Position numbers and translations under genes: made by a program. From positions 11,677 through 75,676 of the IMG/VR virus record IMGVR_UViG_3300033151_000166: a DNA stretch of 64,000 bases; one strand, written 5' to 3'. Below are positions 1 to 9,190 of this stretch, piece after piece (the first letter of the stretch is position 1; the number at the start of each line of letters is the position of its first letter). Origin of the DNA: a virus. The notes below the pieces were generated by a model. That model saw only the letters and a list, made by a program, of their open reading frames with translations, did not search any database and was not told the origin of the DNA.

Positions 1-1719
1 AAGATGCTCTTCCGGGAAATCTGAGTACTGTTTCAGTCTACTATAGTCGTAGACCTCTGGAGTATATAAAACAAAGTATGCCCGCGCTGATGATGTTAGG
101 CTCAGATACTGGTCCTCCAATAGTATACACCCGCTAAAGTCCAATTGCTTAGTGGGTATTCCGTACTTAGAAACAGCTCCGTCCTGGTCTATAGGTGTAT
201 AAGCAATCTCAGCGTTTGGGTTACCATCGTTTATGTTCCACTCTGATTTGAGTGCTAGATCTACGCCTACTAACTTGACACCAGCCTTAACAACTGTAGA
301 GCCAGTAGTAGTCATCCAACAGCTATCCAGTTGAGCACCTTGTTCGACAGTGACACTGCCAGTTTCAATAGCACAACTAACCATAACGGCTTCACTCTGA
401 GTGATCACTTGGCCCTTAAAATCACAGTATTCAATGACAGTGTTTGGTCCAAGAGCTATAGAACAGTTGCTTACACTAGAACTACGGATAGCAATCTTGC
501 CTGTACCGTTAATAGAACAATCTTTAAGGACGATAGCATTGGAAATGAGCACCTCACCTGCGGTCATAACGATATTCTTAGCCTGTACGTTGTTAATAGT
601 AAGCTTGCTAGCTGTAAGATCACACCCTGTAAAGTTAGTTCTAGTAGCAATCATCTCTCCAACTGCGTAGTTACCAGCAAGTAGCATACAACTATCAAGG
701 AAACCAGCTCCTATTGTACCGAGTATATCGTCTTTTTCCTCACACAATATCTTAGTATTCTTGAGATCAGCTCCACATACGTAGTCTGTCTGGTTGAAAC
801 GGAGACATGAATCGGTAGCATTAGCGAGAGTAAGGTTACCCCAGTTCATGGCAATAGTGTTTCCCTGTAGTACCTTACCCTTAATAAAGTAGCGAGGCAC
901 TGTTCCGTCTAATATATTCATATCAAAGAACTGATTGTCATAGGCTTCGTCACATTCAATACGTGATGCATTCATGTAGTTACGGTCAAAGACTCCTTTG
1001 AACTTACCGTGTACTGACTTGTCATCTCCAGGCGAACTCATAGTAGCAAGGTGATATACTCTGAAAGCATTAGCATACAAGAACGTCTTGAAGCTAAACC
1101 AGTTGTCCGGACCAATCTCTGCCTCGCCAAATACGGAGTTGTAATGGTTATTGTCACTAAAGCTAGGAGAGTTAAGAGCAACCGTAGCAAGGCGGTATCC
1201 ATCTATCTTCATAGTCTGTGGCTTAGCAGTATACATCCAAGCATAATATTGTCCGATGCCTACCGAGAACAGTTCTTGATGGAGGAACGAAGCTCTAAAG
1301 TATGGAGGTGCACCTTCAAAGTATCTATTAGGATGAACAAAAGGTGTAGTGAACATATCTCTAGTTACCTCATAGTCTGCACCCTTCTGCGTAAATGGTC
1401 CCACAGTTCTCTTCGGCAGTCCTGGTGATACTACTAGATATGTACAGTCGTCTGCCTGCTTCGCATGGTAATACATGTCAGGGTCATATGGTAACAAGTC
1501 ATCTGGTATGTTGTCAAACCACTTCTGGTATTCAGCACATGTTCCAAGACAACTGGCTTGGCCAAATGAGTGCCAGACTCCTACCTCGGTACGATAGCCA
1601 TTGTAAGGTTTACTCTCCCAACTGGTGGCTGTAGCTGGTAGGGATGCAGGTGCGCTGCCATCTGATGGGTATCCTGAGCCATTGCCATGGTTAATGCCGA
1701 GCTCTCTTTCTATGCCCAT
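1..1719 (-). CDS. Partial (>573 aa, runs off the window edge) probable virion protein with a beta-helix-like region; absent from the ORF track
   Basis: Hand translation: RBS AAGGA then ATG at 1719, MGIERELGINHGNGSGYPSDG..., open to position 1; periodic segment VLKDCSINGTGKIAIRSSSVSNCSIALGPNTVIEYCDFKG is typical of beta-solenoids. Confidence 0.8.
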   Translation of the reverse strand, partial: MGIERELGINHGNGSGYPSDGSAPASLPATATSWESKPYNGYRTEVGVWHSFGQASCLGTCAEYQKWFDNIPDDLLPYDPDMYYHAKQADDCTYLVVSPGLPKRTVGPFTQKGADYEVTRDMFTTPFVHPNRYFEGAPPYFRASFLHQELFSVGIGQYYAWMYTAKPQTMKIDGYRLATVALNSPSFSDNNHYNSVFGEAEIGPDNWFSFKTFLYANAFRVYHLATMSSPGDDKSVHGKFKGVFDRNYMNASRIECDEAYDNQFFDMNILDGTVPRYFIKGKVLQGNTIAMNWGNLTLANATDSCLRFNQTDYVCGADLKNTKILCEEKDDILGTIGAGFLDSCMLLAGNYAVGEMIATRTNFTGCDLTASKLTINNVQAKNIVMTAGEVLISNAIVLKDCSINGTGKIAIRSSSVSNCSIALGPNTVIEYCDFKGQVITQSEAVMVSCAIETGSVTVEQGAQLDSCWMTTTGSTVVKAGVKLVGVDLALKSEWNINDGNPNAEIAYTPIDQDGAVSKYGIPTKQLDFSGCILLEDQYLSLTSSARAYFVLYTPEVYDYSRLKQYSDFPEEHL

Positions 1720-1747
1720 GATGATTCCTTAATAAAGATTTAATCTT

Positions 1748-1761
1748 TCTTATGGTATAAT
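1748..1761 (+). promoter_or_regulatory. Variant extended -10 promoter (TCTTATGGTATAAT)
   Basis: Resembles the phage consensus ACTTGTGATATAAT; lies at the late/early strand switch. Confidence 0.5.
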
Positions 1762-1807
1762 GTATTATTGGTAGGCACTGATATGTAGAAAAAATTTTTG
1801 GTGGTTT

Positions 1808-1899
1808 TTAGCTCACTGATGGTAGCTGGTAAAAAATTTCCTGGATGCATAGAAGAGTTAGTTCACTGATGGTAGCTGGTAAAAAAATTTCCTGGATGC
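1808..1899 (+). repeat. Two ~41-bp direct repeats with A-tracts, 50-bp period
   Basis: TTAGYTCACTGATGGTAGCTGGTAAAAAA(A)TTTCCTGGATGC at 1808-1848 and 1858-1899; degenerate third copy from 1776. Confidence 0.9.
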
Positions 1900-1987
1900 G
1901 CAGCGGGGCTATATATGTGTGTCATACGCACATGTAAATAAAGGCATGGTACCCGCCTTAAGCGGTAGCAGTACGAAAGGTTATGGT

Positions 1988-2077
1988 ATGTTCAAGTATA
2001 TCTGGTTGAAGATGGATAAGGTAGAGCAGTTAGTAGATAGAGCAGCACTCTGGTGCGAAGACAAAGGATGGTTGTAA
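1988..2077 (+). CDS. Small early protein (29 aa, MFKYIWLKMDKVEQLVDRAALWCEDKGWL)
   Basis: AAAGG upstream; TAATG overlap with next gene. Confidence 0.55.
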   Translation: MFKYIWLKMDKVEQLVDRAALWCEDKGWL

Positions 2078-2274
2078 TGTTAGGTATTAAATGGCACGCG
2101 AATAATGTACGATATGAGAAACAAAACATCAGCTTCTGGGTTAAGGCAGTGGCTATTGCTAAGATGCAACAGCGTAGTACGATGTTTGCTAAAGAGTGTC
2201 TAATGGATGCTATCACTAGATTAGATCATTATAAACAACAACTGAAAGAGGAGATTGGATTATGTACAGAGTAA
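2077..2274 (+). CDS. Hypothetical early protein
   Basis: ORF track 2053..2274; likely start ATG 2077 after AAGGA. Confidence 0.7.
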   Translation: MLGIKWHANNVRYEKQNISFWVKAVAIAKMQQRSTMFAKECLMDAITRLDHYKQQLKEEIGLCTE

Positions 2275-2510
2275 TTGATATAGCTGAGAAGCTACAGGCT
2301 GAGAGATTGTACCCACTGGCTATAGCTGGTGATAGGGTAGTGTGTGACTGGGAAGGTGACAGTAGCATAGTGGTATGGATGGTTAACCTACACGATGGTA
2401 GTACACATACAGGTAGATACTACAGGTATGAGGTATCAGGTAACTATGGTTGTAAGACTAAGACTGAGGCTATAGAAGAAGCTATGGCATACTTCAAGTC
2501 TAAGATCTAG
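2262..2510 (+). CDS. Hypothetical early protein
   Basis: ORF with GGAG/GGA RBS, overlapping chain. Confidence 0.75.
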   Translation: MYRVIDIAEKLQAERLYPLAIAGDRVVCDWEGDSSIVVWMVNLHDGSTHTGRYYRYEVSGNYGCKTKTEAIEEAMAYFKSKI

Positions 2511-2551
2511 TGAGTAAGAGTGCATGGTACGATGCACTCTACGGTCACTAG
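2507..2551 (+). promoter_or_regulatory. Long bulged RNA hairpin (RNase III-like processing site or terminator)
   Basis: CTAGTGA..AGAGTGCAT-ggtacg-ATGCACTCT..TCACTAG, intergenic. Confidence 0.55.
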
Positions 2552-2577
2552 ACCAAATCAAACACACAGGAGTTACT

Positions 2578-3324
2578 ATGAAGTTTAATAATCTTTATAC
2601 TAATGAAACACATGCTATAATTCTTTTCGCTGATGGCGAAGTTAACAGTACTAAAGGTCAAGATCTATTGTGGAGTAGATCAATGCACTGCCTTAAGTTA
2701 CCAGTTGTATCTATAGATGAGGTACCTAATGAGCTATTAGCTCTATTCGATACATCATATGCTAATGTACCATGTATCTTATTAAGTAATGATGATGAGG
2801 TAGATGCCTATAGAGAGCTACTGTATGCACATATAGGTGATCTTGATATACTTAAGATGCTAGGCTATGCTGCTATACATGGTTATATAGACCCTAATCG
2901 TATGGACTATATACGTAAAGATCTGTTTAATGTGGATAATGAGACATTCCCTAAGCAGGTAGTTGAGCTGTACCAGCAGTGTAAGAGTAATCAAGACTCT
3001 ATAAGCGGCTATCTTAGACAGTACTCTAGAGATATCCTTAAGAAGGATAAGGCATCACATGCTTGGATAGCTTACTGTAGAAGACAAGATAGTTATGGCT
3101 GGTGGATGCTAGACAATCTAAGAAGACTAAAGGAGGAGTTTAAAGATCCATCTGGTAAGCAGCGTATGAGTGCTAAACAAGAGCTTAGATTAACCTACGC
3201 TAAGCTAGCAAAGGAGGTACCTATAGGGCATAGAAAGAGATGGGAGATAGACTGGGCACTCAAGGATAAGGACTTACGAGCATACAAGCTTGATGAGTTA
3301 ATTAAAATCATAAAGGAACTGTAA
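2578..3324 (+). CDS. Hypothetical early protein
   Basis: ORF 2524..3324; start refined to ATG 2578 after CAGGAG. Confidence 0.8.
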   Translation: MKFNNLYTNETHAIILFADGEVNSTKGQDLLWSRSMHCLKLPVVSIDEVPNELLALFDTSYANVPCILLSNDDEVDAYRELLYAHIGDLDILKMLGYAAIHGYIDPNRMDYIRKDLFNVDNETFPKQVVELYQQCKSNQDSISGYLRQYSRDILKKDKASHAWIAYCRRQDSYGWWMLDNLRRLKEEFKDPSGKQRMSAKQELRLTYAKLAKEVPIGHRKRWEIDWALKDKDLRAYKLDELIKIIKEL

Positions 3325-3791
3325 TGAGAGAAAGAATAATCACAGCTATGGCTGTAGTAGATAAGGCATGCTATGAGTTTGCTTCAGGTGGTATACCTGC
3401 TGAGGACTTAGTTGTACTGAATAAGTACAAGGCTAATGGTATGATTAAGTTCACTAAGGCACAGCTTAAGATTGGTGAGAACTTGTTCTTACCACTTATG
3501 GCTGACCCTGCTATGAGGGGTATATACCTCAAGCTATGGGTTAAGATGGTAGTGCATGGTATAGCTAAGTATGGCATCAACAGTAAGTTTGGTGAGAGTA
3601 CAGCTGCTACATACTTTAGTAACTTCGATCTGTATAGCCACAAGTATGGTATAGTGGCTATACAAGGACTAGAGTATGATGAGCTTAAGTCTGCATGTAT
3701 GGTTATAAGCAATGATGATTTGTCACCACTAGAGAAAGCGGATGACATGGGTATCTACAATGAACTAATTGAAGGAGAAGATAATGAGTAA
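3324..3791 (+). CDS. Hypothetical early protein
   Basis: AAGGA RBS, TAATG coupling. Confidence 0.8.
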   Translation: MRERIITAMAVVDKACYEFASGGIPAEDLVVLNKYKANGMIKFTKAQLKIGENLFLPLMADPAMRGIYLKLWVKMVVHGIAKYGINSKFGESTAATYFSNFDLYSHKYGIVAIQGLEYDELKSACMVISNDDLSPLEKADDMGIYNELIEGEDNE

Positions 3792-4242
3792 AGAATACAT
3801 GATGTCCATAGAGGCAGGTGGTGGTGAGTATGGTAATGGTGAAGTGTACAGTGATCCAGATGAATTGGTTTACTGGTGTATGAAGAATGGTTGCTTTAAG
3901 CTAGATAACACTGAATATAGGATTAACCTTAATCCTCGTGAAGGATGGTACATAGAGGGTCATGAGTGTAGTACACTAGCTGATCTAATGCAAACAATCA
4001 CTAACCTGATTGATAACCATGAGACACTGCATGCACTGAGCTATACTGATATAGGCAATGCTATGCATGATAATAAGGATAGCCTAGATAGGATAGAGCT
4101 AGAGAGTGCTATGAGTACTGCTGGCTGGTGCTATGCTATGGACTACTATAAGGTAGAGCGTAGTGAGGCAGACATGAGTGATACACTGGCTACATACATG
4201 GCTATTAAGTATCTAGATATATACGAAAAGTGGGAGGTGTAA
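3784..4242 (+). CDS. Hypothetical acidic early protein
   Basis: Start refined to 3784 after AAGGAG. Confidence 0.8.
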   Translation: MSKEYMMSIEAGGGEYGNGEVYSDPDELVYWCMKNGCFKLDNTEYRINLNPREGWYIEGHECSTLADLMQTITNLIDNHETLHALSYTDIGNAMHDNKDSLDRIELESAMSTAGWCYAMDYYKVERSEADMSDTLATYMAIKYLDIYEKWEV

Positions 4243-4243
4243 G

Positions 4244-4570
4244 ATGAGTACAGTCTTTGCTAGAACAAACAACACAGAGGTATCAGTGGTATGTATCACT
4301 ATACAAGAACATAATGACTGCATGGACTATATAGAGTCTGTGCTAAAGGCTAATAGCTATGATGTAGCTGCTATCAATAATGACCTATCTGAGACAGTGT
4401 TAATCACGTTTATGTCTCATGGTAGAGAAGACCTTAACATACACGTAGAAAGAGACTTATTGACTGGAGCCTTTATATATGGCCTTGTTGTAATAGAGTG
4501 TCACTATTGGACTAGACTAGATATTAGCTTAGAAGCCTTGCTTATAGAGCTTAAACACCGATACACATAA
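4244..4570 (+). CDS. Hypothetical early protein
   Basis: GGAGGT RBS. Confidence 0.8.
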   Translation: MSTVFARTNNTEVSVVCITIQEHNDCMDYIESVLKANSYDVAAINNDLSETVLITFMSHGREDLNIHVERDLLTGAFIYGLVVIECHYWTRLDISLEALLIELKHRYT

Positions 4571-4602
4571 GTATCGACACTGGATGTTTCCTGAAAGAAC
4601 CT

Positions 4603-5160
4603 ATGAAAGAAGATATGATGAATGAGATTAAAAGAGCGAGTTGGTGGTTTGAGGCTGAGATGGTATCAGATGTGGCTGATAAGGCAATCAGTATAGTGTC
4701 AACAACAGATGAAGTACGATTTGTCTTTGCTGAGGTTATGGATAGAGACACGGCTATGAGTAATCTAATTGACTTCCTACCTGATCATGAATGGTATATA
4801 CCAAGACACACAGCTAATCATACACTAACTGTCTATCGTGAAGCACCAGATGCATTCATGTTCAAAGACCTTGTATGTGAGACTGATGAGTATAAAGGCC
4901 AAGAGCGTAAGATCAGAGTAAGAGGCTTTGGTGACATATTCTTATGGAAGAACCTAGACAGTGACATAGGTGAACATAGATGGTTTCCCTCTGGTATAAC
5001 TCTTCTACCTAGAGAGCACTCATATGTATACTCTGATGGTGCAGTGTTCTACTTTGACTTTATGAACAAACTAGGTAAGTTCCTAGATTGTGATGCCGAT
5101 CAGTTACGTTTCATAGTAGCTAGTCAGAACCTGATGAATTCAGTAAGCTATAGGAGCTAG
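4603..5160 (+). CDS. Hypothetical early protein
   Basis: 185-aa ORF in the co-oriented chain. Confidence 0.8.
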   Translation: MKEDMMNEIKRASWWFEAEMVSDVADKAISIVSTTDEVRFVFAEVMDRDTAMSNLIDFLPDHEWYIPRHTANHTLTVYREAPDAFMFKDLVCETDEYKGQERKIRVRGFGDIFLWKNLDSDIGEHRWFPSGITLLPREHSYVYSDGAVFYFDFMNKLGKFLDCDADQLRFIVASQNLMNSVSYRS

Positions 5161-5162
5161 AG

Positions 5163-5405
5163 ATGAAATTTCACGAAAAACAGATAATGAGAACAATGAT
5201 ATTCCTTGAGGCCTGTGAAGGTGAGCAAGGCTGTGTGTCTATAGAAGACTTAACTATCAAGTACGACTACTGGATAAATGGTTATGCTCAAGAGACACTT
5301 AAACTGTCTATACTAGACAAGGATGATGATGTTCTATGGATGACAGACGGTCCAACACGAAGATCACTCAGAGATTTACACGATATATTAGGAGAGTCAG
5401 TATGA
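5163..5405 (+). CDS. Hypothetical early protein
   Basis: AGGAG RBS. Confidence 0.75.
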   Translation: MKFHEKQIMRTMIFLEACEGEQGCVSIEDLTIKYDYWINGYAQETLKLSILDKDDDVLWMTDGPTRRSLRDLHDILGESV

Positions 5406-5584
5406 AATATGTAGTATACACGGAAGAGACAATCCGTAAAGGGTTTGTAGTCGAGGCTGACAGTCGTGAGGCTGCCATAGTTGAGTTTGAGCGTCAAGAG
5501 AAAGATGGTACAGCATATGAGAGTGAAGATGCTGACTACTTTCAAGAGTCACCGACTGTAATCACTGATGCTGAGCTAGTTTAA
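5402..5584 (+). CDS. Small acidic early protein (MKYVVYTEE...VEADSREAA...)
   Basis: AGGAG RBS, ATGA overlap; start refined to 5402. Confidence 0.75.
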   Translation: MKYVVYTEETIRKGFVVEADSREAAIVEFERQEKDGTAYESEDADYFQESPTVITDAELV

Positions 5585-5635
5585 GCTTATTAACCACACT
5601 GGATGTTGCCTGTAATAAATATAAAGGAGTCTTAA

Positions 5636-5986
5636 ATGACTTTCATAATCACCAAAGAACTATTAACCGCCGCTTCTGCTAACCACCTATCTAGCTTCAA
5701 TAGAGCCATTGCAGACCACACTACAGCTGATAACATGGGTTGTGACCTAGAACACGCGCCATATCAGGTATCTGATGTTATTCCTCTATTAGCAGTCCGT
5801 TTCGCTGATAATAGTATGTATGAGGATGCTTGTGCTGAATTACCAGCTGGATCTTACCTAATCAACGATATTGATGAGGATATGTTGATGACACCTGAGA
5901 GAATCAGCGATTTTGAGCAGACATTGAGCAATTATGCTCACGATCTGTACCTTCCAGGCAGTGATCTACTAGTTAATGTAGTATAG
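5636..5986 (+). CDS. Hypothetical acidic early protein
   Basis: AAAGGAG RBS. Confidence 0.8.
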   Translation: MTFIITKELLTAASANHLSSFNRAIADHTTADNMGCDLEHAPYQVSDVIPLLAVRFADNSMYEDACAELPAGSYLINDIDEDMLMTPERISDFEQTLSNYAHDLYLPGSDLLVNVV

Positions 5987-6031
5987 TGAGCAGTTATAGC
6001 ACCTTCCGAGGTGCTATATAGTGCTTATTTT
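5987..6031 (+). terminator. Intrinsic terminator / long hairpin ending the first early operon
   Basis: TATAGCACCT-tccg-AGGTGCTATA with outer TGAGCA/TGCTTA and a following TTTT. Confidence 0.7.
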
Positions 6032-6248
6032 GAGCCAATAGCGTACTATCAACGCAAAAACAAGGCAATTATACACAAAATACACTAAAATCGAGGCCCA
6101 TATCATGGCTTATATAGCTAGTGATATAACTTAGTAAGTAGAATACTCGTGCGATTATATTCTATAACTACACCTCACGTCCGGCACATAAGCGGGGGTC
6201 TAACATCATTTTAGCTATACCATCCGAATAGCAAGAAAGACCCATCCC

Positions 6249-6407
6249 GCTTGTGATATAATATGTATCAAGAGCAAGGAAGCACTGAGACATATCGATT
6301 CTCAGAGTAACTTTAATCTCACTTGTGATATAATATATGTATGAGTGACTGAGAACCAGCGAGATTTGAAAGAGTCAAAGCAATCTTCAGTCCACTTGCG
6401 ATATAAT
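6249..6407 (+). promoter_or_regulatory. Three tandem extended -10 promoters (6249-6262, 6321-6334, 6394-6407)
   Basis: (A/G)CTTG(T/C)GATATAAT three times at 72-73-bp spacing upstream of 6451. Confidence 0.85.
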
Positions 6408-6450
6408 ATATATCAAGAGTGAGAGCTCAAATCAAATCAAGGAGTTCTAA

Positions 6451-6852
6451 ATGAACTTTTCAATCCCAACTGTCGAAGACATCGTAACCAAGTACCAAGC
6501 TGTAGAGCTGGACAACCCTGAGCAAGCAAAAGCTGAACTTATGAAGTTGAACAAAGACGAACTTGTCGAACGTTTAATCCAAGCAACAAGCCACCGTAGT
6601 GGAACTGTCCAAGAACTTGCTAAAGCAATCCTTCAAGATGAGGAGCTGATCGCTGCGAACTATGAGACCATTGCTGATGCCATTAAAGTAATGATGCCTA
6701 CTGCCAAGACGAGCTCAAAGAGCATTGCTTCATATGTAAGCAAGAAACGTGAAGAGTGGGAACTACCTCCAAGAATTCGTATCGCCACTCAACGTCCAAA
6801 GAAGGTACCTGAACCTGAAGCTGAAGCTGAAGCACCTGAAGCTGAAGCGTAA
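6451..6852 (+). CDS. Putative HTH nucleic-acid-binding protein with an acidic Ala/Glu tail (paralogue of 16052)
   Basis: YETIADAIK..AKTSSKSIASY aligns with YAELANYLK..VETTANSIAWY of 16052; AAGGAG RBS. Confidence 0.6.
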   Translation: MNFSIPTVEDIVTKYQAVELDNPEQAKAELMKLNKDELVERLIQATSHRSGTVQELAKAILQDEELIAANYETIADAIKVMMPTAKTSSKSIASYVSKKREEWELPPRIRIATQRPKKVPEPEAEAEAPEAEA

Positions 6853-6965
6853 TGGCATTGGCATGGCTATTAGGCCTTGCCGTGTTCCTCTACTCTGTAT
6901 ACGTAGCTGTGAGGTACGTGATCCCAGCTATCATTCTTCTAACCTACGAATTGTTTAATTCATAG
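6852..6965 (+). CDS. 37-aa membrane peptide (MALAWLLGLAVFLYSVYVAVRYVIPAIILLTYELFNS)
   Basis: Hand translation, TAATG coupling, strongly hydrophobic. Confidence 0.6.
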   Translation: MALAWLLGLAVFLYSVYVAVRYVIPAIILLTYELFNS

Positions 6966-7668
6966 GTTCACCCTCCCCACCATTTCATATATCATATTTA
7001 TTCCGCGAGCCACAACATTTGGGAACTATTTTTGTAAAATAATGCAACCCATTTGACTCAATCATTTATCGTATTTCATCCAATCGTGACCGATTTTTGA
7101 TGCCTGTAACAGCGAGTCGTGAAAAACGTCAAGGGGTAAGGGACATTTGCAAAATTTTAATTTGGTTTTTCACGTCTAAATATTATGTAAAAGGTACAAA
7201 TAGACTCTATTTTCATAGACGTCCAACAGCTGTGATTACCATTGCCATTACAGTGCGATCACTCACAGCGCTTAACAGTGGACTTTTTTTACACATATAT
7301 ATATATATAATAAAGTTATTAAAAATAAATATAATATATAATCTTCATGCATATTGACACCGGCTGCATGTTTTGCTCTTTGTTATTTTTATGCGCTGCG
7401 TTTTTTTTACAGTCGTACGCTACAAGGCGTGTTAACATACAATTCGATACTATATTACAAAAATATATTATGAGTCACAGTTCAGCTAATTCCACTGCGT
7501 GCGAGCTCAATGGCAATGGCATTTAACCTTTAACATCTAGGCATTTAACATTTAACATTTAGGCATCAGGCATTTAACATTAGGCAATGGCATTTAACAT
7601 TAGGCAATGGCAATGGCATCAGGCAAATCAGCATAAAGGTAAATGATCTATAAGGTATAATTGTTCTA
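6966..7668. other. ~700-bp non-coding AT/homopolymer-rich region (candidate origin, terminal-repeat boundary or packaging region)
   Basis: No credible ORF; A/T tracts and a (TA)n run that are uncommon in the coding parts; ends in a short-unit repeat array. Confidence 0.55.
7508..7639 (+). repeat. Array of ~19 tandem 6-8-nt units (CAATGG, CATTTAA, CATTAGG, CATCAGG)
   Basis: Read directly from the sequence. Confidence 0.9.
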
Positions 7669-7682
7669 ACTTGTGATATAAT
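7669..7682 (+). promoter_or_regulatory. Extended -10 promoter
   Basis: ACTTGTGATATAAT exact. Confidence 0.85.
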
Positions 7683-7715
7683 ATATATAAATAAAGATAT
7701 ATAAATGGAGAAAGA

Positions 7716-8120
7716 ATGCAGTTAAAGCAGATACCAGAGGGATATAACACTTCCGTGCCTATGTGGCACATGGAGGAACCATCTACAGATGACATCACAT
7801 ACCCTGAAGCTGAATTGGCACAAAGGATTAGACGTCTTAAAGCAGTGGACCGACCGAAGCATATGACCATACCTGAACATAAGGGACATATGGCAGATCT
7901 ACTAGGCTTCAGCTTTGTACCTCAAGACGCAAACCTAATGGCATGGGAGAAGTATGAGAACCCTTACTATATATACTATATGGGCTGGAACAGTACGTTA
8001 GCCGGTGGTGCTCATGTCGCGCCTCAGTTCTTAGGTTACGACACTGCGTACTGGAATGTAGGTGTCAAGGCCATTATCCGAGACATGATGAAGGGAGAAC
8101 TACTCGCGTCAGGATGCTAG
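7716..8120 (+). CDS. Hypothetical protein (possibly the 5' part of a frameshifted gene 7716-8938)
   Basis: GGAG RBS after promoter. Confidence 0.7.
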   Translation: MQLKQIPEGYNTSVPMWHMEEPSTDDITYPEAELAQRIRRLKAVDRPKHMTIPEHKGHMADLLGFSFVPQDANLMAWEKYENPYYIYYMGWNSTLAGGAHVAPQFLGYDTAYWNVGVKAIIRDMMKGELLASGC

Positions 8121-8127
8121 TGATGTT

Positions 8128-8865
8128 GTGCTGTCTGCGACTGCTCTTGACAGTCGATCGCGTCAAGCTCGCCGCGATCAGAGACTTGACGAACTACTCG
8201 AGGTTGACGAAGCCGTTAGAAAACAGGTTGGCAAGTACTACTGGCAATGGCCCGGTCAAGAGCAAGGACTATACCTAAAGACCTTTGGACCTAACAAGAC
8301 AGCTGTACATACGAGTCCTGTGACTACTCTAATCAACTTCATCTCTGGTAAGCCCGGTGTGAATGGCCGTGCTCACTTCTATGAGCTGGCTGGTAAACGC
8401 ATCTATCGCTTTGTTCCTTGGGATGCTCGGCTAAATGTGCCTGACCATGAGATACTAATAGACGTGGCTACAGACCTCTCGCCCTTGTTTAATGGAGAGC
8501 CTGTGTATGACCGATCTACTCATAGATGGTGTGACTGGCCACAGTGGCTGACGAAGATTCTAGTGCCTAAGTATCTGGTGCGTGGTGCCAATGGCCTTCG
8601 TGATGGCAACAGACTCGCTAACTACATTAACCGTGTTAAGCAAGGTAAGATGACGGGTACAGGTGGTTACTTTGCCATCACGAGAGAAGATTACATGAGT
8701 TTTATAGGTCTCGATCGCTTCGATGACCGTATGCACGCCACCAGATCTGAGGTAACACATACATATGTGCAGACGCATTTCGATGGCAAAGGTCAACTGA
8801 CATTTCCTGACTGGCAGCAAGATAACTTTGTACCAGTAGTAGAGGAGTATAGCACCGGACCCTGA
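8128..8865 (+). CDS. Hypothetical protein (possibly the middle part of a frameshifted gene)
   Basis: GTG start with poor RBS spacing; frame is open back to ~8092. Confidence 0.65.
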   Translation: MLSATALDSRSRQARRDQRLDELLEVDEAVRKQVGKYYWQWPGQEQGLYLKTFGPNKTAVHTSPVTTLINFISGKPGVNGRAHFYELAGKRIYRFVPWDARLNVPDHEILIDVATDLSPLFNGEPVYDRSTHRWCDWPQWLTKILVPKYLVRGANGLRDGNRLANYINRVKQGKMTGTGGYFAITREDYMSFIGLDRFDDRMHATRSEVTHTYVQTHFDGKGQLTFPDWQQDNFVPVVEEYSTGP

Positions 8866-8937
8866 AGAGACTATTAACATGGATGGTGTGTCATTGGCTG
8901 AGCTTGAAGCTATGTTCGATGAGCAAGGAGAGATATA

Positions 8938-9093
8938 ATGTTAGGCTTATTTGATTGGATGCTGCTAGATTGCATTACCTCTGAGGTAGAGCTAATAGAC
9001 GTCCCAGACATTACCGTAGACGTAGATACTAGCATCGATGTTCCTGATATTGATCTTGACTTAGATATACCCGACTGTGATGATATATTTTAA
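8938..9093 (+). CDS. 51-aa Asp-rich peptide
   Basis: AAGGAG RBS; MLGLFDWMLLDCITSEVELIDVPDITVDVDTSIDVPDIDLDLDIPDCDDIF. Confidence 0.65.
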   Translation: MLGLFDWMLLDCITSEVELIDVPDITVDVDTSIDVPDIDLDLDIPDCDDIF

Positions 9094-9190
9094 TCCTGAC
9101 TGGGTATTCACAGTGTATGTGCTAGTACAGACTGTACTTGCCATTGCTCTAGGTCACTCTGTCTATAACATACTAAAGGAGTGGTTATGA
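9080..9190 (+). CDS. 36-aa membrane peptide
   Basis: MIYFNPDWVFTVYVLVQTVLAIALGHSVYNILKEWL; overlapping chain. Confidence 0.55.
   Translation: MIYFNPDWVFTVYVLVQTVLAIALGHSVYNILKEWL

Noticed and set aside
331-1634. Plus-strand ORFs 331, 401, 1051 and 1395
   Set aside because: Antisense shadows of the long - strand ORF 1-1719, which has a proper RBS
1808-1899. Possible CRISPR mini-array
   Set aside because: Only two full repeats with a ~9-nt gap, no spacer-sized unique sequence and no cas genes
7097-7357. 86-aa ORF in the non-coding region
   Set aside because: TTG start without an RBS, runs through a (TA)n tract, atypical composition
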